From Promethearchaeota archaeon (lineage in GTDB: Archaea > Asgardarchaeota > Lokiarchaeia > Sigyniarchaeales > SOKP01), in contig RDOA01000003.1 in NCBI GenBank assembly GCA_011364925.1, positions 1-64,000 of the forward strand: 64,000 nucleotides of DNA, given 5' to 3'. Both the position numbers and the translations under genes were made by a program. Under the pieces are notes generated by a model that saw only the letters and a list, made by a program, of their open reading frames with translations, did not search any database and had not been told where the DNA came from. Below are positions 56,518-64,000 of the stretch, one piece after another; within the stretch, counting starts at the first letter, position 1; every line of letters begins with the position of its first letter.

Positions 56518-56742
56518 AACGAACTACATATAATTTTTTTATTTTAATTTATTTTTTCCGATTTAGTAAAGTCGTGAGAAATTCTTAGCAGTATTATTTC
56601 CTACTAAGATTGTGAAAGTCAAAAAAATTCTCTTTATTTATAGCTTCTACCTCTATTTCATTAGCTTTATTATATCCATGATACCTATTATGTAAAGATT
56701 TAAATAGAGAACTAACAAAAATGTATAATAGAGGTCGTAATC

Positions 56743-57234
56743 ATGATCGAAAAAAAACCATTTTATGAAGAAGAAGCTGACGAAAAACTCAGAAGCGAAA
56801 TTAAAGAAGAAATAAAAAGGGAATTGAAAGAAGAAAAAAGAGTAAAATCAAGGAAATCGAGAAAAACAGCGGGAATAATTATAAGTGGTGTTGGTGCGAT
56901 ATTATATCTTGTTTTTGGATTCTTTTTTTTAATATTGGGCTCGTCATATGGATATATGCGCGATGCTGCTGTTTCTATGTTGATTGCGGGAGGAATTTCA
57001 ATTGCAGGTATAATAGTAGCATTATATAAAGTAAAAATAGGAGGCATAATCACTTTAATCTCAATTCCGATCGCTATCGTTATTGGAGTAATCTTAATGC
57101 TCATGGAACCTTATTCTTATTATTATTACTGGTTAAATTTCATCCAATACGTAATATTTCCTCTCCCTATTCCGCACTCGTTACACGTCATCCCTGGTGG
57201 AATTATATGTTTAACTGCTAAGGACATAGAATAA
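56743..57234 (+). CDS. array copy 2
   Basis: Paralog of 56014. Confidence 0.8.
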   Translation: MIEKKPFYEEEADEKLRSEIKEEIKRELKEEKRVKSRKSRKTAGIIISGVGAILYLVFGFFFLILGSSYGYMRDAAVSMLIAGGISIAGIIVALYKVKIGGIITLISIPIAIVIGVILMLMEPYSYYYYWLNFIQYVIFPLPIPHSLHVIPGGIICLTAKDIE

Positions 57235-57476
57235 AATAGACATCAAAACGATCTAAATATCCTTTTTTTATTTTAATTTATTTTTTCCGATTTAATAAAG
57301 TCGTGAGAAATTCTTAGCAGTATTATATCCTAATAAGATCGTATAAGGCGAAAAATTTCTATTTATTTATAGTTTCTATCTCTATTTCGTTATCTTTATT
57401 TATTATAAGAGAGATTTTCGATGATGTAAACATTTAAATAACCTAACCACAAAGATGTATATCAGAGGTCGTAATC

Positions 57477-57971
57477 ATGAACGAAGGAGAGCCAATTTCT
57501 GAAAATCAAGTTAAAGAAAAACCCAGAAACGAAATCAAAGAAGAAATAAAACGGGAAATGCGAGATGGACAAAGAGAAAAAAAAGGGGAGTCAAGAAAAA
57601 CAGCGGGAATAATTATAAGTGGTGTTGGTGCGGTATTATATCTTGGTTTTGGATTTCTTTTTTTAACTTTGGATTTTGGATATAGTTATTTGCGCAGCTT
57701 CCCTCTTACATTAGTGGTTATTGGAGGAATTTCAATGACAGGAGTAATAGTAGCGCTGTCTAAAGTAAAAATAGGTGGTATAATTACTTTAATTTCGTTG
57801 CCGATTGCATTCGTTATTGGAATCGCCATGGAACCTTATTACTATACCTATTACTCGACGTATCCTCTTCTATATATGTTGATATATGGTACACCATTTG
57901 GGTATTTACATGTCATACCCGGTGGAATTATATGTTTGACTGCTAGCGATGTAGAATTAAGTACCCACTAA
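57477..57971 (+). CDS. array copy 3
   Basis: Paralog of 56014. Confidence 0.8.
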   Translation: MNEGEPISENQVKEKPRNEIKEEIKREMRDGQREKKGESRKTAGIIISGVGAVLYLGFGFLFLTLDFGYSYLRSFPLTLVVIGGISMTGVIVALSKVKIGGIITLISLPIAFVIGIAMEPYYYTYYSTYPLLYMLIYGTPFGYLHVIPGGIICLTASDVELSTH

Positions 57972-58207
57972 ACCAATCTTAATTTCCTTTTTTTACTTTA
58001 ATATACTTCCTTATTAAGTAAACTCGTGAGAAATTCTTAGCAGTAGTATTTCCACGATCTTAAAAGATCTTTATTTATAGTTTTTATTAAGAGTATCAAT
58101 TTTTTATGATAGATTCTTGTCTATCTGATGATCCAGCTTTGTATACTTTTATATAGAGGTTCGACAATAATGTATTATTATACAATAATAATCGGTTATC
58201 AAGGGTA

Positions 58208-58624
58208 ATTCCAATTTCTGAAATTGAAAATCACGTTGAAGAAAAAGTTGAAGAAAAAAAAAAAAGAGAAGTTACTGAAGAATTAACCAAAAAAAAGAGC
58301 GGTGTGCCCATCAAAAAGGTAGCAGCTTTAATTCTAAGCGGTATTGGAGGCGGAATATATCTCTTCGTAGGCATCATGTTTCGAGTCGGATGGTGGAGTT
58401 CTGTTAGCCCAACACTCATAGCTGCCGGGATAATTTCACTGATAGGAACAGGAATAGGAGCAGTAAGAATAAAAATAGGTGGTGTGGTCATTTTGCTTTC
58501 AATTCCGCTTTCTATCCTTATTGGAATTTCTGGTGGGATTTATAGTATTCTTTTTGTATTAATTCCAGTCCCGTTCCCACATTCAATATTGGTTATGATT
58601 GGCGGTATTCTTTGCGAATTCTAA
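58208..58624 (+). CDS. array copy 4, divergent; start uncertain
   Basis: In-frame PISEIENHVEEKVEEKKKREV upstream of GTG 58304 matches the PISENQVKEK N-terminus of copy 3; KIGGVVIL, PFPHS. Confidence 0.7.
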   Translation: MPISEIENHVEEKVEEKKKREVTEELTKKKSGVPIKKVAALILSGIGGGIYLFVGIMFRVGWWSSVSPTLIAAGIISLIGTGIGAVRIKIGGVVILLSIPLSILIGISGGIYSILFVLIPVPFPHSILVMIGGILCEF

Positions 58625-58834
58625 AATTAAACAAGTAAAACCGATTATATCATAAATAATTTTTTTTTTTAATCCAATATAACTCCCATTAATTCTTATT
58701 ACAATATGATCGTGAAAGCAGACTTTTACGAAGAAAATCTAATCGCTTATTCTTTTAAGTTTTTTAAAAGAGGGAAGTTTTTATAATCTTCAAGACTCTC
58801 AATCCTTTTAATTTTTGATTTTCATTTTATAAAT

Positions 58835-59314
58835 GTGGACAAAAGGATAAAAGATTCAGCAAATTCATCTACAAAGCATAGTATAGTAGATTATAAAGAA
58901 TGTTAAAAATGTAGAGTATTATATCCAAGCACTTCAGAACATTTCTATAAGAATAAAAATCGTAAAATGGGACTAGATGCATGGTGTAAAAAATGTAAGA
59001 AGGATTATGATCATAAACGACATAAAGTCTATAGATACGGTATAAGTTTACAAAAAGTAAATGAATAAATTGCTGCGCAAGAGAAGAAATGTGCGATATG
59101 TGGACGACTATTTGATGATATTTTTAACACATACAAGGATAAGAATACGATACGCTCTCCGAGAGTTGATCACGACCATAAATCGGGAAAAATTAGAGGA
59201 ATTTTATGCAACCGATGCAATATCCTCTTGGGGTTAGTAAAAGATAGTATATCAATATTATGTAGAGCAATAAATTACCTCAATGAAGAAAGAAAGGAGA
59301 TTAAAAAAAAGTAA
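58835..59314 (+). pseudogene. endonuclease VII (His-Me finger) pseudogene
   Basis: KEC*KC...WCKKC...RYGIS...Q..KCAICG...VDHDHKSGKIRGILCNRCN.LLG...AINYL, with in-frame TAA at 58904 and 59066. Confidence 0.85.
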
Positions 59315-59438
59315 ATTAGATCCTTGTAAACATTTATTAAATTTTAACATAGAAATAGAATTAATATATACAAGCTATGCATAAGTACATATTAAATACC
59401 AATTGTTTGAAATTACAACAAAAGAAAGGTAATTTGTA

Positions 59439-59663
59439 ATGAGAAAGAGAAATATCGCTTTTATTTTGTTTGCCGTTGCGGGAGTTAACCTTCTAACGCT
59501 TCCTATATTAATTCTTATATATACACCGTTATTTGCACAACTTGGATTGCCATCTACCGTTGTAAACAGGGTTATGATGACTGTTGCTATATCTGGAGTA
59601 ATCCCAGCTATCGCCCTCATAATCGCGGGAATAATAGTTCTTATTAAATTTAGAAATACTTGA
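59439..59663 (+). CDS. 74-aa 2-TM protein
   Basis: Basic N-terminus and two hydrophobic helices; AGGT upstream. Confidence 0.65.
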   Translation: MRKRNIAFILFAVAGVNLLTLPILILIYTPLFAQLGLPSTVVNRVMMTVAISGVIPAIALIIAGIIVLIKFRNT

Positions 59664-59729
59664 ATTATTTTTGATTCAAAATTTTTACTTTTTCCTCTTT
59701 ATTATCGATTGAATTACGAATTAGAGGTT

Positions 59730-60473
59730 TCAGTCTTGAAAAAAATCAATGTTAAATTCTTCTAGATCATCTGGCGGCCATGCAGAAGGCGTTTTGGAGT
59801 TTTTTACGAACCTATGGGTGCATAGTGGAGCGCCAAATCCAAGCGTTTTGTCTCGAGAGAAGCCAAATCCTAAACCTTCTGCTTCGTAATAATCCCCTAA
59901 ACAAATTAACGGTAAGTATTTCTCGTCTCCTAATTTCTTATAAGCTTTTTGAACCCCACACTCCGTTATATCCCACCCCCATTCAAACTTTTTGCCATCG
60001 CCTTCCACGAATTCCATAACCCAATCGTCTGGATAAACCCTCAATTGTGTTTCTTGAGTAAGTTTCTTTTGATAATCAACATACACGGGATCAAAAGGAT
60101 ATTGCGAAGGATCTCTTCCCGTGCTTTCTAATAATTCTTTTCTCTTCTTTTGGTCGCATAGGACATAGTGATAGTGAAATTCTCCTATTTCCCTAAACGA
60201 AAGTCCTGCTCTTTCTAATACGCGAAAAACTGCCAAATCAGACATGCATTTGACTAAGACTAGTGTAGTTGGATTCTTCTGTCCTCCTATGTATGGAATA
60301 TCAGGCAGAATTTTCTCGAATTCTTCTCGCATTTGATTTAACAAATCTTCAGTTTTCTTCTCGTCAAATTTCACTTTTAGTTCTGAGCTTACAGCCTTTA
60401 AACGCTCGTTAAAACCATTCATGAATTTAGATTTCTTTTTAACGTAAAAGTCTTCAACAATTTTAGGAGTCAT
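59730..60473 (-). CDS. L-2-amino-thiazoline-4-carboxylate hydrolase-family protein
   Basis: IPYIGG, DITECG, CLGDY, R.KTLG.GA..C.HRF. Confidence 0.78.
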   Translation of the reverse strand: MTPKIVEDFYVKKKSKFMNGFNERLKAVSSELKVKFDEKKTEDLLNQMREEFEKILPDIPYIGGQKNPTTLVLVKCMSDLAVFRVLERAGLSFREIGEFHYHYVLCDQKKRKELLESTGRDPSQYPFDPVYVDYQKKLTQETQLRVYPDDWVMEFVEGDGKKFEWGWDITECGVQKAYKKLGDEKYLPLICLGDYYEAEGLGFGFSRDKTLGFGAPLCTHRFVKNSKTPSAWPPDDLEEFNIDFFQD

Positions 60474-60631
60474 AGTAATTTATGATGAGTTCTTTTTATA
60501 TCAATTTAACTGAGGATCGTTCTCTAGATCTTCTTTTCTAGTGTTATACTAGAACAAAATTAAATATTTCAACTCTAATTATTAAGGTATACTTTATTTG
60601 ATAATTCAATCGATCATTAAAAGATGAGTTA

Positions 60632-60907
60632 ATGGACATAATTAAGCATCTTGCAAGCAGATTAGCGGAATTAATAAATATTAGTGCTCCCGCTGCTCGA
60701 GGTTTAATTAAATTAGCTATTAAAGACGAGATTGGTCCTTTCAGGCCGTTAAATCAAGTTTCTTTTAATGAATTTAAAAGTACAATAGAAAATTCGCTAA
60801 AAAAAAGGTTAATTAATTTGGAGATAGCTACGCACGAATTGATCGTACAGTATTTAGTCAGAGAACTTACAGAATATCAGTCATTAATTACATTAGGAGG
60901 TGTGTAA
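60632..60907 (+). CDS. small helical protein paired with the 7-TM gene
   Basis: AARGLIKLAIKDE; ends 2 nt before the next start. Confidence 0.7.
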   Translation: MDIIKHLASRLAELINISAPAARGLIKLAIKDEIGPFRPLNQVSFNEFKSTIENSLKKRLINLEIATHELIVQYLVRELTEYQSLITLGGV

Positions 60908-60909
60908 AG

Positions 60910-61704
60910 TTGACTCCTGAGCTTTTCTACATTGTGTTCGTGATCCTGTTTGGGATTTTTATTATCACTTTAGCGGTTATGGGCATTTTTCTTCTGATTA
61001 AAGGAGTAAGAAATAAGATGATTAACATCGTGCTGGTAGGATTAGCATTTATTTCACTACCAATTGGATTTATTGGAAATTTCATTTTTCAGTTGGGTTC
61101 AATTTTTCAAGAAACATTTATTGTGGCATGTTTTATTTTAACTGTGATTTTCACCAATTTAACATTTTATAAGAATAGGGGTTCATTTTCAAAGATACTT
61201 TTGTGTACAGTAATAATTTTAGCGTGCATTCAGTTATGGTTTTTCTTTATATCAGTTTACGGTGAATGGACTTATTATCTCTATTACATCCGTGTTGCTT
61301 TTGATTTTCCATATACATTTATAGTTTTTAACTGGTTATCGTATTCAGCTTATTCGGCTTATAAGCTCGTTAAATCGCAGAATATAGACCCGTGGATTAA
61401 GTTTAGATATAAGATGCTCGCAATATTCTCCTTTATCTTTAGTTTTCACAGTATTCCAGAATTTTTCCAACCTCCCGGAACTGTGTGGGGTGATCCTTAT
61501 AATATTGTGAGTTTAGCGGTTTTTGGAGGAACTGCTATTTTAGTAGTTGTATTCTCAATAGGATTTTCAACCGCTTGGATTATGCCGGGATGGTTGAAAA
61601 CCAGACTAAATAGAAACTACCACGCAATTGAAGACAAAGATTATCAAGAAAAAGAATTACTTGAATTGATAAAAAAAGAATTATCACAAAAAAGAACGCT
61701 CTAA
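60910..61704 (+). CDS. 7-TM receptor-like membrane protein
   Basis: About 7 hydrophobic helices; DPWIKFRY, AWIMPGW. Confidence 0.7.
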   Translation: MTPELFYIVFVILFGIFIITLAVMGIFLLIKGVRNKMINIVLVGLAFISLPIGFIGNFIFQLGSIFQETFIVACFILTVIFTNLTFYKNRGSFSKILLCTVIILACIQLWFFFISVYGEWTYYLYYIRVAFDFPYTFIVFNWLSYSAYSAYKLVKSQNIDPWIKFRYKMLAIFSFIFSFHSIPEFFQPPGTVWGDPYNIVSLAVFGGTAILVVVFSIGFSTAWIMPGWLKTRLNRNYHAIEDKDYQEKELLELIKKELSQKRTL

Positions 61705-61769
61705 TGTCGAATGTTCAATCCTTTTAATTTTATTTTCCTTTTAATTATTAACAAGAAATAAGTAATACA

Positions 61770-62765
61770 GTGGACTCAAACTTGAATATTAATAGAAAAC
61801 AAGAATTCATCGCCTATGCATTACTCATAGTGACATCGATTATTTGGGGAGGTACGTGGCCATTGGGGCGATGGTTAGTATCGGAGGAGGTTGGTGGAGC
61901 AACCATCCCTCCATTGATGATTGCAACTATTCGCTATTTTCTCGCGGTAGTTTGCTTTCTTCTAATCCTTAAGCTTAAAGAAGGAACATTAAACTGGAAG
62001 TTTGCGAAAAAGTACTGGAAGACAATAGTTATGATGGGAATGTTGTCGGTGACAATATATCAAGCTGGTTATTTAATAGGAGAATTACTTACAAGTGCGA
62101 GTGATGCGAGCATAACGATTGCAACTAATGCTGTTTGGGTAGTCATACTTTCAAGCATCTTTTTAAAGACCGAGAAGTTTTCGTGGAACAAGATCGTTGG
62201 TTTATTATTAGCATTTATAGCAGTAGTGTTTGTAGTAGGCTTTTCTCCTAATGTAAATGTTGCAAATCGAATCGTTGGCGATATTATTATCCTCCTAGCA
62301 GCATTAGGATACGCAGCGTACACGGTCATATCTCGTTACTTTTTTAATAAAACTCGTGAAATCGAAGAATTGTTTAAACCAAGTTCACTTTGGCTAATAA
62401 CCTGGGTTTCCTTGTTTGGCTTTTTGATAACCCTCCCAATATCCTTAATTGTAAGCCCAGAATATTTAATTCCAGTGACATATTTGACAATTCCATCTCG
62501 AGTTTGGATCGGGATCTCATATCTTGCTTTCATTTCTACTATAGGAGCATATACTTTCTACCTAGAAGGAGTTAAGCGCCTAGACGCTAGTAGAGCAGCG
62601 ATTTTTCAGGCTTTAGTCCCTCTTTTTGGCGTTCTTTTTTCAGCACTGTTTTTACAAGAAAAGTTTGATTTCTTTATATATCCACTCTCCCTTTTGTTAG
62701 TTGTTGTAGGAATTATACTTGTAAACCTTAAAAAAAATCGAGATAATCCCAGTGATTTAAAATGA
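61770..62765 (+). CDS. DMT/EamA-family transporter
   Basis: IIWGGTW, RYFLA, GDIIILLAALGYAAY, ASRA....LVPLF; TTTTCC+T-rich TATA motif at 61733-61745. Confidence 0.88.
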   Translation: MDSNLNINRKQEFIAYALLIVTSIIWGGTWPLGRWLVSEEVGGATIPPLMIATIRYFLAVVCFLLILKLKEGTLNWKFAKKYWKTIVMMGMLSVTIYQAGYLIGELLTSASDASITIATNAVWVVILSSIFLKTEKFSWNKIVGLLLAFIAVVFVVGFSPNVNVANRIVGDIIILLAALGYAAYTVISRYFFNKTREIEELFKPSSLWLITWVSLFGFLITLPISLIVSPEYLIPVTYLTIPSRVWIGISYLAFISTIGAYTFYLEGVKRLDASRAAIFQALVPLFGVLFSALFLQEKFDFFIYPLSLLLVVVGIILVNLKKNRDNPSDLK

Positions 62766-63223
62766 GAATACCGATACAGGTTTTAGTTTACCCAGTTAGG
62801 AGGATTAAGAAAGGATGGGAGTATCTAATGCTCAAAAGGGTTGAGAGCCGAGGAGGATTTTGGCAAGGAGTAACAGGAGCCCCTGAAAATAGCGAGACTA
62901 TTACTAAAGGAGCATATAGAGAGTTGATAGAAGAAACAGGTTATACATCGTTTATTCTAATCAAAACCGATATCTCTTATACAATTCCTATGGAGGAAAG
63001 ATGGGAGAATATCTATCCCAAAGGGACTAAAGAAATTCCTGAATATCTTTTTATAGCGCTAATCCACCAATCAATTCCACCTAAAATAGATCCAAATGAA
63101 CATACAGAATGGAAATGGTGTACATTCGAAGAAGCAATGCAACTTCTCAAATGGGACGATAATAAGAGCGCTCTCAAGTGTGTAAAAAAATATATAAACG
63201 AAGATAAGAAAAAAAAAGATTAA
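62762..63223 (+). CDS. NUDIX hydrolase (NudB-like)
   Basis: FWQGVTG...E....GAYRELIEETG, NEHTEWKW. Confidence 0.85.
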   Translation: MRIPIQVLVYPVRRIKKGWEYLMLKRVESRGGFWQGVTGAPENSETITKGAYRELIEETGYTSFILIKTDISYTIPMEERWENIYPKGTKEIPEYLFIALIHQSIPPKIDPNEHTEWKWCTFEEAMQLLKWDDNKSALKCVKKYINEDKKKKD

Positions 63224-63229
63224 CTTAAT

Positions 63230-63472
63230 TTAATCTGACCTTCTTGCTCTTAATATCAAAAGAAGTATCCCTACGCAAATTAAAATAATTCCAATTATTA
63301 GTCCTGAATACAAGACTACCCAAACCGCAGGAACTATATCTGGTCCTGGATATTCAGCTTCCAAATCTAAACCGAACTTGAGCAGAAAACCAAAAATAAA
63401 CGAAAGTATCGCACCACCTACAGTACTAATAATACCAAAAACTAAGAAGACATTTTTTGACACTCTTAACAC
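63230..63472 (-). CDS. 2-TM protein, paralog A
   Basis: Similar to 63584 (VGGAI...Q/E-F/Y-PG...RAR.D); start uncertain. Confidence 0.6.
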   Translation of the reverse strand: MLRVSKNVFLVFGIISTVGGAILSFIFGFLLKFGLDLEAEYPGPDIVPAVWVVLYSGLIIGIILICVGILLLILRARRSD

Positions 63473-63583
63473 CATTCTTTTATAGATTTCTTTAAGATAT
63501 GCAAGAATAGTTTCTTGTGTATTTAAGTTTAACACATTAGTCAATAATTATCGCATCAAAAAATAAAAAAAATAGAATTTGAA

Positions 63584-63826
63584 TTAATCTTTTACTCGGG
63601 CTCTTACAATAAAGAGAATAATCGACACAACTATTAATGCAATACCCATAGAAAAGAAGAAATATAAGAAAAAATAACCTTGAGGATCCATTGTAGCTCC
63701 AGGAAATTGTGATGTTATAGCCACATGTAACATGACAATAATAGCACCAAGTGTCGTAAAGATTGCTCCTCCAACTAAGGTTAATATCGCAAATATTAAT
63801 AGAACTGTTCTTGCCACCTTATTCAC
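63584..63826 (-). CDS. 2-TM protein, paralog B
   Basis: Tandem paralog of 63230. Confidence 0.65.
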   Translation of the reverse strand: MNKVARTVLLIFAILTLVGGAIFTTLGAIIVMLHVAITSQFPGATMDPQGYFFLYFFFSMGIALIVVSIILFIVRARVKD

Positions 63827-64000
63827 CTAAACTTTAAGACTTTGATATGACATATAAGGTTCGTTTCTTAAGTATTTAAGTTTTACATTTTCGTCTATTC
63901 TGTTAATTTATTGACAAAATTGTTAAGGATCTATGAAAATGTTTTTACACTTCGACTTAATTACTTTTTCTCCTACATTTGCAACCCTACGAGCTAACTC

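Larger units (their letters stand above)
56572..58045 (+). repeat. identical 22-bp intergenic element, three copies
   Basis: TCGTGAGAAATTCTTAGCAGTA at 56572, 57301 and 58024. Confidence 0.85.

Noticed and set aside
56572-58045. Three identical 22-mers as a CRISPR array
   Set aside because: They are about 725 bp apart and separated by whole genes, and there are no cas genes.
58835-59314. Stop-codon recoding in the endonuclease VII gene
   Set aside because: Both stops are TAA, the commonest true stop in this window, not TGA or TAG. Pseudogenisation is the simpler explanation.
4173-62575. Many 60-160 aa ORFs nested in or antisense to long genes (e.g. 4173, 7903, 9079, 12442, 23729, 32919, 34843, 44626, 55983, 56763, 58231)
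   Set aside because: They overlap well-supported CDSs, have no motifs, and read like reverse or alternate-frame shadows.

Overview
AT-rich archaeal DNA. A Rab-like GTPase, a longin-like protein, a TFIIB paralog and many Loki-type small membrane proteins point to an Asgard archaeon, probably Lokiarchaeia (inference). I found no rRNA, tRNA, CRISPR array, transposase or integrase. The left two-thirds are rich in divergent DNA repair and recombination genes: a FEN1/XPG-family nuclease, RadA with an extra C-terminal HhH domain, RadB-like, Hef/FANCM-like, a Hel308/Ski2-like helicase with a SWIM finger, and a PNK-phosphatase. These are mixed with a membrane-anchored HhH protein, a 1258-aa membrane VirB4/HerA-like protein with degenerate Walker motifs, small 2-3 TM proteins, an HExxH membrane protease and a divergent TFB. 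Many of these genes, and some unrelated ones, share a pyrimidine-rich element (TTTTCC, or T-run+C/G) directly before the TATA box, where a purine-rich BRE is expected. My main hypothesis is an alternative-TFB regulon coupling a Ced/T4SS-like DNA-transfer module to recombination; this is inference only. Other observations: a candidate ~105-nt three-way-junction ncRNA upstream of the helicase, several genes whose conserved N-termini have no ATG/GTG/TTG start, tandem fused DppBC permeases that lack both coupling helices, a Rab-like protein with no P-loop, a ThiF/GNAT/radical SAM cluster, a four-copy array of Tyr-rich membrane proteins and an endonuclease VII pseudogene. All product calls come from motif recognition by eye, without database searches.
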